Under the pieces are notes generated by a model. It worked only from the letters and a program-made list of their open reading frames with translations, did no database searches and was not told the DNA's origin. Of a DNA stretch of 59,990 bases, positions 24,651 through 32,741 are shown piece after piece. The first letter of the stretch is position 1. Every line of letters begins with the position of its first letter. Both the position numbers and the translations under genes were made by a program. Origin of the DNA: a virus; IMG/VR virus record IMGVR_UViG_3300035533_000010, positions 1 through 59,990 of that record. One strand, 5' to 3'.

Positions 24651-25000
24651 TTTTGCCTCCTTGCCCATTCCAAAAGAAGGTCCTCATTCAAAAATACCGG
24701 GATGTCCAGCTCATATGCCCGGTCTATTTCTGCCCTTGTGCCGGTTGATTCCTTCCAGCCGGGCAAAACCAGAATACAATCCGAAACTTCCAGCCAGGCC
24801 ATTGAATAATCATAGAATTGCTGGACGGTAAAATCATCGTCCGGGCGGTCTGTGATAAAAGATTTGTCATGCCAGGGGCAGAACGGAGCAAGGCCGGCAG
24901 CGAATAGACGGGCACATGCCTGCTGGCCTCTTCCGATATTCTTGAGGACATCCAGGACGTTGTCGGCGCTGTATGGGCCGCAGACATAGACGCGGATCAT
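24647..25000 (-). CDS. Nucleoside 2-deoxyribosyltransferase-like (DUF4406-type) protein
   Basis: I prefer ATG 25000 (ATGA overlap). MIRVYVCGPYSADN...GLAPFCPWHD...DCILVLPGWKESTGTRAEI matches the Y.SGP...P...S.G...E layout of this fold. Confidence 0.55.
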   Translation of the reverse strand: MIRVYVCGPYSADNVLDVLKNIGRGQQACARLFAAGLAPFCPWHDKSFITDRPDDDFTVQQFYDYSMAWLEVSDCILVLPGWKESTGTRAEIDRAYELDIPVFLNEDLLLEWARRQK

Positions 25001-25926
25001 GGTGCCTCCATTGCAAACAGGCTTAACTGCTCGGCTTTCGTTTCCGCCTTGATCATATTTTTCACAGCGCAATTAAAATATGATTCTTTTAACTCTATTC
25101 CGATAAATTTTCTACCTGCTTTAACAGATTGATACCCCTCTGACCCTATCCCTGCGAACGGGCTTAAAACAATGTCACCAGGCTTGCTCCACAAAACCAA
25201 ACAGCGATCAATAACATCCAGAGCTAAAGGGCAGATATGACGTTCGTCTTTTTCTTCCCTGGCCCCGGCTTTGTTCAAAGTATGAGTCTGCCGAATATCC
25301 ATCCACACAGGGCTTGCATACTTGCGCCAAACCTCATGGGAGAAAGTGCCTTTCTTGACTTCATCTGCCCCGGCATATGCTGTCAACCCTTCCGGGTGTG
25401 AAATAAGATCCGGGTTTTCTCCGGGCTTGCGCATTGTCACCACGTAATCCGGCAACCCTTGCCGGCACATGGATGAATCTTTGCAAAGCTGTTTGTGCAT
25501 GAGACCCAGGGCTTTTGTCCTGGTCGCTTCAACAAGAGGGTCTTTCCAGATCGTGACCTCTCCATGGAATATGAACCCCACATCCTGAAACAACCGGATG
25601 ATGTCACCCCTGAAATCCTTCAGGCCGATATACCCATCCCGCTCCTTCATGGCAGGGATCAACATACAATGGATGGAAACCAACCGGCCAGGCTTTGTGA
25701 GCCTGTAAAGCTGCTCTGCAACGAACCGGAAATGGGTCAGAAATTCATCATCTGTTTTGCAGTTGCCAAGGTCACGCTCACTGTTTGAATACGTGTATAG
25801 CGAGGCGAAAGGCGGCGAGAATATAGTATATCCTATGCTTTCATCGGGCAGCCCTTCCATAGCCTCTACACAATCGCCGTTATATATCATCCAGTTTTCG
25901 CCAGATTCTTGTCTGATAATATCCAT
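24997..25926 (-). CDS. DNA methyltransferase, beta-class (motif IV SPPF before motif I FAGIGS); N4-cytosine or N6-adenine
   Basis: TIFSPPFASLYTYS (motif IV) and IVLSPFAGIGSEG (motif I). GGAGG lies 7 nt upstream of ATG 25926. Confidence 0.85.
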   Translation of the reverse strand: MDIIRQESGENWMIYNGDCVEAMEGLPDESIGYTIFSPPFASLYTYSNSERDLGNCKTDDEFLTHFRFVAEQLYRLTKPGRLVSIHCMLIPAMKERDGYIGLKDFRGDIIRLFQDVGFIFHGEVTIWKDPLVEATRTKALGLMHKQLCKDSSMCRQGLPDYVVTMRKPGENPDLISHPEGLTAYAGADEVKKGTFSHEVWRKYASPVWMDIRQTHTLNKAGAREEKDERHICPLALDVIDRCLVLWSKPGDIVLSPFAGIGSEGYQSVKAGRKFIGIELKESYFNCAVKNMIKAETKAEQLSLFAMEAP

Positions 25927-27266
25927 TCTGGAACCTCCATTTTTTTCTTGGGTTTATATTGAATCGTCTGCTTGGTGGTATTGTTGGTTTCTTTTCTGGA
26001 AATATCGGCCATGCACTCGATCATCTTTTTTTGCATCTGCTCCGCCCTGGCTTCCTTGGCCTTGATATTCTCTATAACATTGCCCTCTTTTTCAGATATA
26101 ACGATATGAACATTGACCGGCTTTTTCTGACCGAACCGCCAACACCGCCGGACCGCCTGATAAAACGCCTCAAACGAATCAGACAGACCAACAAAGACCA
26201 TGTTATTACAGTGCTGCCAGTTCATGCCGAATTGGGCCATCTTGGGCTTAATAACCAGCTTATTGAAATCACCATTTGAAAAACCGATCATGCGAGACTC
26301 TTTCATTTCAGGTTTCATGGACCCGGTGACTTCGACGGCACCGTTTATCTGTCCTGCCAGTTCTGTGCTTTCCGCGTTCAAGTCACACCAATACAGCCAT
26401 GGCTCATCGGACCCGGCGCTTAATGCGGCGGCAAGTTTGCACCTTTCGCTAAGACTTTCTTTCCTAGCCTGCCTGCGCTCGTTCAGCGTGGATGCAAGCT
26501 GGTGGAATAGGTATCCATCGGATATTTTTGACTTGACGGTGTGTTGGTAAAAATTGATCTCAGGCAGGATAAAACCATCATCGTTGTATCCCAGGTCCGA
26601 CGGTTTATTAATCATCACCGCCCATGTGGATAGCCATTTGAAAAATTCTTTTTCCGCATGTCCTTTCAGCCGCCATTTTTGGGTTTCGCCGGAGTCATGG
26701 ACGAAGTAAGTTGACAGCATTTCTGACCGGGAGCAAATATTTAAAAACTCCGCATGATTTCCGATCTCTGTAAAATCGTTTGGTGATGGTGTGGCAGAAC
26801 AGCATAGTTTATATGGTGTGTTTGCAAACGATTCTATGATTTGGTTTTTGAATTTACCGGCAAAGTTTTTCAGGATACTTGATTCGTCCAGGACCACCCC
26901 GGCGAATTGCGACCAGTCAACTTTATGAAGCTGCTCATAATTGGTGATCTGTAAAACACCGGACCCGTACCGACAAACAGACATGGATATTTTTTCGCCC
27001 TCTTTCTGTGTCTGTGTGGATACTGCCAGTGGTGCAAGAATCAATACCGGCTGCCCCGTGTGCCTTGACACCTGATCTGCCCATGAAAGCTGCATGAGCG
27101 TCTTACCAAGGCCGCACCCAGCCCATATCGCAGATTTGCCTTTTCTGATAGCCCATTTTGTCAAATCTCTCTGGAACGGGAAAAGTAACTCCGGGACCGC
27201 ACCTGGTTCAAACCCTTGAGTTCGGATTGTGTGGGCTTTTCTGGATAGGAAGTCCTGATACTTCAT
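25887..27266 (-). CDS. SNF2/SF2 helicase
   Basis: I prefer ATG 27266 (AGGAGGGAG upstream, coupled to the upstream stop). WAGCGLGKTLMQL (motif I), VVLDESSILKN (motif II), CSATPSPND (motif III), YQAVRRCWRFGQ (motif VI). Confidence 0.85.
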   Translation of the reverse strand: MKYQDFLSRKAHTIRTQGFEPGAVPELLFPFQRDLTKWAIRKGKSAIWAGCGLGKTLMQLSWADQVSRHTGQPVLILAPLAVSTQTQKEGEKISMSVCRYGSGVLQITNYEQLHKVDWSQFAGVVLDESSILKNFAGKFKNQIIESFANTPYKLCCSATPSPNDFTEIGNHAEFLNICSRSEMLSTYFVHDSGETQKWRLKGHAEKEFFKWLSTWAVMINKPSDLGYNDDGFILPEINFYQHTVKSKISDGYLFHQLASTLNERRQARKESLSERCKLAAALSAGSDEPWLYWCDLNAESTELAGQINGAVEVTGSMKPEMKESRMIGFSNGDFNKLVIKPKMAQFGMNWQHCNNMVFVGLSDSFEAFYQAVRRCWRFGQKKPVNVHIVISEKEGNVIENIKAKEARAEQMQKKMIECMADISRKETNNTTKQTIQYKPKKKMEVPEWILSDKNLAKTG

Positions 27267-27457
27267 CACACTCCCTCCTTTCTCACATTCCCGCACGGCA
27301 CCACGACCGGCACGCCCAGCACGGAAATCAAATGGTTTCTTGGTTTGCCCTTGCCTGCCATTAAAACGTATCCGTGTTTTCCGTGATACGGCATATGGCT
27401 GTTTGATTTTCGATACCATATCTGGATACGCTGGCCGGGGGTTGGGTTGAAGATCAC
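27266..27457 (-). CDS. Hypothetical small protein
   Basis: 63-aa ORF coupled on both sides. Confidence 0.6.
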   Translation of the reverse strand: MIFNPTPGQRIQIWYRKSNSHMPYHGKHGYVLMAGKGKPRNHLISVLGVPVVVPCGNVRKEGV

Positions 27458-27747
27458 GGCGTCACCTCCCGGCCAGTCGCCTTGGCAATCAAACCAACAA
27501 CCTCGTCTGGATCAAAAGACGCAGATATCCACGGCATGCAGCCATCTTCATGCACCATAGACAAGATGTCTTCGAGCATTGCCAGCATTTCCGGGGCAGC
27601 GGCAATCAACCTGGCGTCTGCTGGTTCATGCACAAACTCAGCAATGCATTCCCCATCATTACCATACTGAACTTCCCACCGGTCTGCTATATATTGTGTT
27701 TTTGCCAAGTAGACAGCCTTCCATGGTCCGGGTGTGTGATTAGTCAT
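27454..27747 (-). CDS. Ead/Ea22-like phage protein
   Basis: TPGPWKAV...ADARLIAAAPEMLAML is a motif common in small early phage proteins. Confidence 0.65.
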   Translation of the reverse strand: MTNHTPGPWKAVYLAKTQYIADRWEVQYGNDGECIAEFVHEPADARLIAAAPEMLAMLEDILSMVHEDGCMPWISASFDPDEVVGLIAKATGREVTP

Positions 27748-27965
27748 GGGTCACCTCCCTCCGTTTTTTTAACACAGGCAACCCCGGCGCAGTGATCAAA
27801 TATGTCTCCGGAGCTTGTCGTCTGGTACCCACACCCACAAGCATAATGGATTGATGTGCCAAGGATCTTGCAGGGATAGTCTGGCGTGTAAGGGTGCAGG
27901 CCATAATCTGCCCGCGCCCTGTTTATGGCCTCTTGCCGGATAAATCCGGCTCTGGTCTCAACCAC
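27744..27965 (-). CDS. Hypothetical small Cys-containing protein
   Basis: 73-aa ORF with ATGA overlap to the downstream gene. Confidence 0.6.
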   Translation of the reverse strand: MVETRAGFIRQEAINRARADYGLHPYTPDYPCKILGTSIHYACGCGYQTTSSGDIFDHCAGVACVKKTEGGDP

Positions 27966-28027
27966 GAGACACCTCCCCGGCCAAATCCCTGCCGCAAAGA
28001 TACGGCCACCAGCAAAGATAGATTAGT

Positions 28028-28954
28028 TCATTGGGTATTGTCATTTAACACCTCCTTTGTGTTCGATAATAGATCGAACCGGTTTTTAAACTTTGAGTAT
28101 TTGTGCTTTTTTTGTTTTTTTGGGATGTATAAGTACCATGCTTTAAGCTCACCCTTTTTTTTGTTCGGCACAATGTAAAACGAGTCTTCTTCAAAGACAT
28201 AGCATGCAAAAAAGTCACAGACTTCTGTTTGTTTCTTTGAAGCACAAAAGCTATGATATGGACCTTTTCTTTGCTTTGAGGATTTAACATCAACTGTTTT
28301 ACCATTTACCTGGATGTCAATTAATTTGTCCTTAAAAAGAGTTACGTTGTGTCCTAAAAGATCGCACCTACACATAAACAACTTTTCCGCTATAGCCCCT
28401 ATGTGCACGCTCGACCCTCGTTTAAAATCAGCGACTTTGTGTCTTGGGTCATTTTGACACGATGTCTTTATCTTTAAGGCCCTTTCTTTTTTTTTCCTTG
28501 CCACTGTGTATTTTTCACCAAATGTGTTTTTATATATTTGGCGCGCATATTCTCTAGAAAACCCGTATTTGTCTGCCACATATTGTAGTGTAAAAAGCGG
28601 CACTGCTTTGACTTTTTTTAAATCGTCTATAATTTCCTTGCCGTACCTTTCTATTAGCCTTCCCCTTTTCCATGCTAACGAATGGCTACCGGGTTTTTTG
28701 TGGCTTTTGTGCAAGCTGTTGCTTTTTATATAATCCAAAGGTATGACTCCTGCGAAATACTCCTTAAAGTCTTTCCCTTTGGTCTTTTTCCATTCAACAA
28801 TGTCTTTGTCCTTAAACACTTTGCTAAACTCATGCGCCTTATTAAAGGACATTTCTTTGCCACGGGCAATATAGTGTATGGCTGGCTGAGAGATAGGAAC
28901 GCCAGCTTCATTTATAAATTTTGTTATTACAGATACTTTAATTTTCTTTTTCAT
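28028..28954 (-). CDS. HTH plus PD-(D/E)xK-like nuclease (first gene of the leftward block, AT-rich)
   Basis: I prefer ATG 28954 (AAAAGGAGAAAG upstream). The N-terminal part has HTH-like segments. The C-terminal GAIAEKLFMCRCDLLGHNV...DIQVNGKTVDVKSSK...CDFFACYVFEEDSFYIVP fits the E...D...(D/E)xK layout of intron-type PD-(D/E)xK endonucleases. Confidence 0.6.
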   Translation of the reverse strand: MKKKIKVSVITKFINEAGVPISQPAIHYIARGKEMSFNKAHEFSKVFKDKDIVEWKKTKGKDFKEYFAGVIPLDYIKSNSLHKSHKKPGSHSLAWKRGRLIERYGKEIIDDLKKVKAVPLFTLQYVADKYGFSREYARQIYKNTFGEKYTVARKKKERALKIKTSCQNDPRHKVADFKRGSSVHIGAIAEKLFMCRCDLLGHNVTLFKDKLIDIQVNGKTVDVKSSKQRKGPYHSFCASKKQTEVCDFFACYVFEEDSFYIVPNKKKGELKAWYLYIPKKQKKHKYSKFKNRFDLLSNTKEVLNDNTQ

Positions 28955-28976
28955 TTCTTTCTCCTTTTCATGCGCT

Positions 28977-29005
28977 ATTAAAGCAGGTATTTTGTTTTGT
29001 GTCAA
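28977..29005 (-). promoter_or_regulatory. Sigma70-like promoter for the leftward early block (TTGACA-17-TTTAAT)
   Basis: On the minus strand, TTGACA at 29005-29000, a 17-nt spacer, TTTAAT at 28982-28977. It lies about 25 nt upstream of ATG 28954. Confidence 0.45.
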
Positions 29006-29032
29006 TAAAAAAAATAAATTAAAAAAAAATTG

Positions 29033-29061
29033 TTGACATGCCCCAAAAATTAAAATAGATT
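29033..29061 (+). promoter_or_regulatory. Sigma70-like promoter for the rightward early block (TTGACA-17-TAGATT)
   Basis: TTGACA at 29033-29038, a 17-nt spacer, TAGATT at 29056-29061. It sits back to back with the leftward promoter in an A/T-rich 360-nt gap. Confidence 0.45.
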
Positions 29062-29318
29062 GAACCATAAGCCTGAGCCGAATCCGGGTAGACAACATCA
29101 CCGACACTTTAAAGGACGGGTGAATAACAATGGACGGACCGGGCACCTTGAAAGTTTTGAGTCTTTGAAAGCATTAATTTTATTTGAAACCAGGAGGTGC
29201 CAAATGTGATTTCCAAACCAGCCGGGCAGGTGTCCGGCAAAAACACAGTGTGACCGACAGTAAAGATTATTCGCCGGTCTCGGATAGGCCGGGGCCGGCA
29301 ACAAACAAAGGAGGCAGC

Positions 29319-29621
29319 ATGGGTCAGTACACAACATACAAATGTGATAAGTGTGGAAAAGAATGGCTATCGACAGACAAAAAGGAGCAACCGGTGTCGG
29401 TTGCGATCGTGTTCGATTTCGGTAATCCTACCGGCACGCCACAGCCTGACCGGTACCGTCACCCGGCAAGTTCTGCCATGTGGTGCAGGTCTTGCGTTAT
29501 GGAAACAGGCATTCACCAGCCCATGACGCAAGAAGAAAAATTCACGGCACCCCCTGAAATGTCATTTGAAGACAAGGTGATAATGTTGTTGGAAGAACTT
29601 GGCTTTGAAAGGGGGCTGTAA
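29319..29621 (+). CDS. Zinc-ribbon protein
   Basis: I prefer ATG 29319 (AAAGGAGG 6 nt upstream). YKCDKCGKEW...WCRSC. Confidence 0.65.
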   Translation: MGQYTTYKCDKCGKEWLSTDKKEQPVSVAIVFDFGNPTGTPQPDRYRHPASSAMWCRSCVMETGIHQPMTQEEKFTAPPEMSFEDKVIMLLEELGFERGL

Positions 29622-29767
29622 TGATGTGGGCCGGGTTGACATTTGTGGCCGGATTAATTCTGGCAATGTCAGATGGGGCGTATTTTCCCTGGCTTAACCT
29701 AGCCGGGGTCGCAATTTTTTGTTTAACGCCCGTGCTTGCGTGGCGGGCGGATAGGAGGAGGATATGA
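29621..29767 (+). CDS. Small membrane protein (48 aa, below the track threshold)
   Basis: MMWAGLTFVAGLILAMSDGAYFPWLNLAGVAIFCLTPVLAWRADRRRI. TAATG and ATGA coupling on the two sides. Confidence 0.45.
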   Translation: MMWAGLTFVAGLILAMSDGAYFPWLNLAGVAIFCLTPVLAWRADRRRI

Positions 29768-29943
29768 AAACAACAATTACCGGGCCACTTCCGAACACAA
29801 TACCGGAAGTCATACAAGCCGTGGTGCGTGCAATCAAAGACGAATCTATGACAGAGTATGAAAAGCGTGGCGACATTCTCTATCTCATGGGGGTGTTGCA
29901 GGCAATTCATAATGAAATAGAGATGGACGGGGGCATAGCATGA
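29764..29943 (+). CDS. Small hypothetical protein (59 aa, below the track threshold)
   Basis: MKTTITGPLPNTIPEVIQAVVRAIKDESMTEYEKRGDILYLMGVLQAIHNEIEMDGGIA. AGGAGGAGG upstream; ATGA overlaps on both sides. Confidence 0.45.
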   Translation: MKTTITGPLPNTIPEVIQAVVRAIKDESMTEYEKRGDILYLMGVLQAIHNEIEMDGGIA

Positions 29944-30218
29944 AAACTGAAATCGAAGTCACGATAATGGTTCCGGTGGATATCGAATACGAACCTGCCG
30001 AAGAGCAGACTTTCCACAATCCCGGCTGGCCGGCTTCGGCCGAGTGGATTGATTTTGACCATGACGAAGTGCTGAAGCGGATCGAAACCGAGCTGGACAA
30101 GTCTGAGCAGGTGTTTCTTGATATCGTCGAACAGGAGATCCGGGATCAGGCAGGGGAGGCGGCTTATGAAAGATGGCTGGATAAACAGGCGGCAGCAGAA
30201 TGTTTGGACAGGAGGTAA
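29940..30218 (+). CDS. Strongly acidic early protein
   Basis: 92 aa with many D/E residues (EIEVTIMVPVDIEYEPAEEQ...DFDHDEVLKRIETELDKSEQVFLDIVEQEIRDQ). Confidence 0.65.
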   Translation: MKTEIEVTIMVPVDIEYEPAEEQTFHNPGWPASAEWIDFDHDEVLKRIETELDKSEQVFLDIVEQEIRDQAGEAAYERWLDKQAAAECLDRR

Positions 30219-30224
30219 TCAAAG

Positions 30225-30842
30225 ATGAACCTATACATAAAGCTGGTTGACATCCGCAAATCAGTAGAATATTTGCAGAAAACCGAGCGAGGCAACCAGG
30301 GAGCAATGTACGTTGACCCGGCTGTTTTGGTCCAAAAGATTCGGGCTAAGATGGACGATGCTGGAATCCTTCTTGTGCCGTCACTGTCTGACACCACGGT
30401 TGACAGCATGCCTGACCCGACAAAGAACAATCCAAACGCCACGAGTTTTTTGTTTAGGTCCAAAATGCTTTATACTTTTATAGACGCAGAATCCGGGGAC
30501 AAGCTGGACGTGCCCTGGTTCATGACCGGGAAGCATTTGCAGGACCCGGCGATGGCTGGTGGCGCTGCTTTGACGTATTTTGAACGGTACTTTCTTCTGA
30601 AGTTCTTCCAGATCCCGACATCGAAAGATGACCCTGAACATTTTCAGGCGAAAACAGCTACGGCGATATCCGGGGATCAGGTCAAAGAAATGGCAGGGCT
30701 TATCGAGCGCACAGGTAGCGATTTAAAAGCGTTTCTGGCGTATGCGAAGGTAGATGCCTTAGAAAACATCCATCCGCTCAATTATGGTGCCTTAAAGTCC
30801 AAGCTGCTGGCAAAGGAACAGGCCATGAAGGGAGGATCATAA
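30225..30842 (+). CDS. erf: ERF-family single-strand annealing protein
   Basis: LYIKLVDIRKSVEYLQK...MYVDPAVLVQKIRAKMDDAGILLVP...AMAGGAALTYFERYFLLKFFQIPTSKDDPE matches the ERF core (A.G.A.TY..RY.L). Confidence 0.7.
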   Translation: MNLYIKLVDIRKSVEYLQKTERGNQGAMYVDPAVLVQKIRAKMDDAGILLVPSLSDTTVDSMPDPTKNNPNATSFLFRSKMLYTFIDAESGDKLDVPWFMTGKHLQDPAMAGGAALTYFERYFLLKFFQIPTSKDDPEHFQAKTATAISGDQVKEMAGLIERTGSDLKAFLAYAKVDALENIHPLNYGALKSKLLAKEQAMKGGS

Positions 30843-31381
30843 TGAACGAGACGATTACTCAAGAATTTATTAAGTCGATACTCAAGTATGATCCGCAAAC
30901 AGGCGTTTTCTCGTGGCGTAAAGACAGAGGCAGCGCAAAAAAGGGAGATGTGGCTGGAACAAAGCACCACCCGCACGGGTATGTTTATATCAAGATAAAT
31001 AAAAAAAACTACAAGGCGGCAAGGTTGGCATGGCTGTATATGGAGGGGTATTTCCCTGAACACTGTGTGGACCATATAGATAGGGATAAATCCAACGACA
31101 AGTGGATTAACTTAAGGCACGTTACTCAATCCTGTAATCTTAAAAACACTTCAAAAAGATCAAGCAACATATCAGGCATTGTTGGTGTTAACTGGGACAA
31201 GGCCAAAAGAAAGTGGCACGCGCAAATTACAGTTGATTATAAAAACCTCTGGATCGGGCGGTTTTCGCAAAAAATTGATGCCGCCCGTGCTCGCTGGGAA
31301 GCAGAAAAAAAATATAACTTTCCAGAGTGCTGTTCGAAATCAAGCGCATACTTATATCTCAAAGAGGTAGGTGCGTTATGA
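30842..31381 (+). CDS. HNH-AP2 homing endonuclease, paralog 1
   Basis: LAWLYMEGYFPEHCVDHIDRDKSNDKWINLRHVTQSCNLKN (HNH_3) plus SGIVGVNWDKAKRKWHAQITVDYKNLWIGRF..AARARWEAEKKY (AP2). It is wedged between erf and exo with 1-nt and 4-nt overlaps. Confidence 0.8.
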   Translation: MNETITQEFIKSILKYDPQTGVFSWRKDRGSAKKGDVAGTKHHPHGYVYIKINKKNYKAARLAWLYMEGYFPEHCVDHIDRDKSNDKWINLRHVTQSCNLKNTSKRSSNISGIVGVNWDKAKRKWHAQITVDYKNLWIGRFSQKIDAARARWEAEKKYNFPECCSKSSAYLYLKEVGAL

Positions 31382-31980
31382 TTATAGTTAACGGAAAACA
31401 AGGCAATGATGTCTGGCACGCACTTAGATGCGGAAATCCTGGTGCGTCAAGTATGGATAAAATCATAACATCACAAGGCAAACCCTCAACCCAACGGCAA
31501 AAATACCTTTATCAACTGGCCGGAGAAATTATCACCGACTCAAAAACAGAAACATACCAAAATGCGCATATGTCTCGTGGTATTGAGTTGGAGTCAGAAG
31601 CCAGGGAAGTGTTTGAGTTCGTCCACGGGCCGGTTGAGCAATGTGCCCTCATTTATCAGGATGAGCGCAGGCTATGGCATGTCAGCCCGGACGGAATTAT
31701 GCCGGATAAAAAAGCAGGACTTGAGATAAAAGCACCGTCTCTGCCGGTCCATGTCGAGTATCTTGACAAAGGTAAACTGCCCACGGCATACAAGATCCAG
31801 GTGCAGTCAAGCATGATGGTCACAGGCTGGCCGGCGTGGTTTTTTGTAAGTTATTATCCAGGTATGAAGCCGCTGATCCTGAAGATTGTGCGGGACGAAG
31901 CGCTGATAAAACAGATTCAGGATGCTGTGGAAAAGTTTTGTGAGGATCTGCAAAAGCTGGTCAATAAACTAAAAGGATAA
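31378..31980 (+). CDS. YqaJ / lambda-Exo-like recombination exonuclease
   Basis: I prefer ATG 31378 (ATGA overlap). WHALRCGNPGASSMDKI...MSRGIELESEAREVFE...VSPDGIM...GLEIKAPS...YKIQVQSSMMVTG is a PD-(D/E)xK YqaJ pattern. Confidence 0.8.
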   Translation: MIIVNGKQGNDVWHALRCGNPGASSMDKIITSQGKPSTQRQKYLYQLAGEIITDSKTETYQNAHMSRGIELESEAREVFEFVHGPVEQCALIYQDERRLWHVSPDGIMPDKKAGLEIKAPSLPVHVEYLDKGKLPTAYKIQVQSSMMVTGWPAWFFVSYYPGMKPLILKIVRDEALIKQIQDAVEKFCEDLQKLVNKLKG

Positions 31981-31984
31981 TGTC

Positions 31985-32013
31985 TTGCATTGTTCTAACA
32001 AACATGATAGGTT
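31985..32013 (+). promoter_or_regulatory. Weak promoter candidate (TTGCAT-17-TAGGTT) in front of the RHH gene
   Basis: The hexamers are at 31985-31990 and 32008-32013. It would give a nearly leaderless mRNA for ATG 32020. Confidence 0.25.
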
Positions 32014-32019
32014 ATTGCT

Positions 32020-32187
32020 ATGAAAAATAACAATAGATTTACGCTCCGGTTGTCCGATGAGCAGATTACAATTCTAAAAGAGGCGGCGCTTGCTGAAAAG
32101 CGTACGGCAGCCGCTATTGTAAGGAATTTAATCGATGAGATTAAAGAAAAAAAAGTTCAACGCAAAGTTCGCAAAACTGGAAATTAA
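32020..32187 (+). CDS. Ribbon-helix-helix (CopG/Arc-like) DNA-binding protein (55 aa, below the track threshold)
   Basis: MKNNNRFTLRLSDEQITILKEAALAEKRTAAAIVRNLIDEIKEKK... is the classic RHH beta-strand plus two helices. Confidence 0.55.
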   Translation: MKNNNRFTLRLSDEQITILKEAALAEKRTAAAIVRNLIDEIKEKKVQRKVRKTGN

Positions 32188-32188
32188 A

Positions 32189-32569
32189 ATGATTTACTCC
32201 GAGGCTTATCAAGACCTTAATCTTTCTGCAAAAAGAATATTTGAATATTTTTTATTGCAACAAAGATGGGAAAACATAAGCCCTGTAAATCGACCCGCTA
32301 AATGGGAATTGTCCCATGGGCAAAACATTCAGCTAAAATATAGCACATTCAATAAACCCCCCTTCAGGATGCACAACCAAAGCATTGCAAGGGGGATTGA
32401 TTGTTTACTCAGCCACGGCTTTATTGAGGTATCAAAACAGGGCGGGCTGTGCAAGGGCAGCGTCTCAGAGTTCAAGCCGTCCAATTTGTGGGAAAAGTGG
32501 AAAAAAGGAGATTGTTTTTTCAAAAGGCATCCGTTCACGGGCCGGGGGTTCACAAAGCATAATACATGA
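32189..32569 (+). CDS. Winged-helix DNA-binding protein (Rep/initiator-like?)
   Basis: I prefer the internal ATG 32189, 2 nt after the RHH stop. SIARGIDCLLSHGFIEVSKQGG is wHTH-like. Iterons follow directly downstream. The segment is AT-rich. Confidence 0.5.
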   Translation: MIYSEAYQDLNLSAKRIFEYFLLQQRWENISPVNRPAKWELSHGQNIQLKYSTFNKPPFRMHNQSIARGIDCLLSHGFIEVSKQGGLCKGSVSEFKPSNLWEKWKKGDCFFKRHPFTGRGFTKHNT

Positions 32570-32599
32570 TAGTGGCTTAATATATACTCGCACACAAAA

Positions 32600-32716
32600 T
32601 GTGACACTAAAAAAGCCGGCTTTATGTCACAAAAACGACTTGCTTTTTATGTTTTGTACTACAAGGTAGTAGTTTAACGTCACAAAAACGTAATGGAAGT
32701 TGTCACAAAAACGACT
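32600..32716 (+). repeat. Iteron array: 3 direct GTCACAAAAACG repeats (two extended to TGTCACAAAAACGACTT) plus one inverted TGTGAC
   Basis: Direct copies at 32626-32637, 32679-32690 and 32702-32713. The 17-mers are at 32625-32641 and 32701-32717. The inverted half-site is at 32600-32605. All lie in a 172-nt gap. Confidence 0.8.
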
Positions 32717-32741
32717 TTAAAAAAATAGTGGAGCGGTTGAG

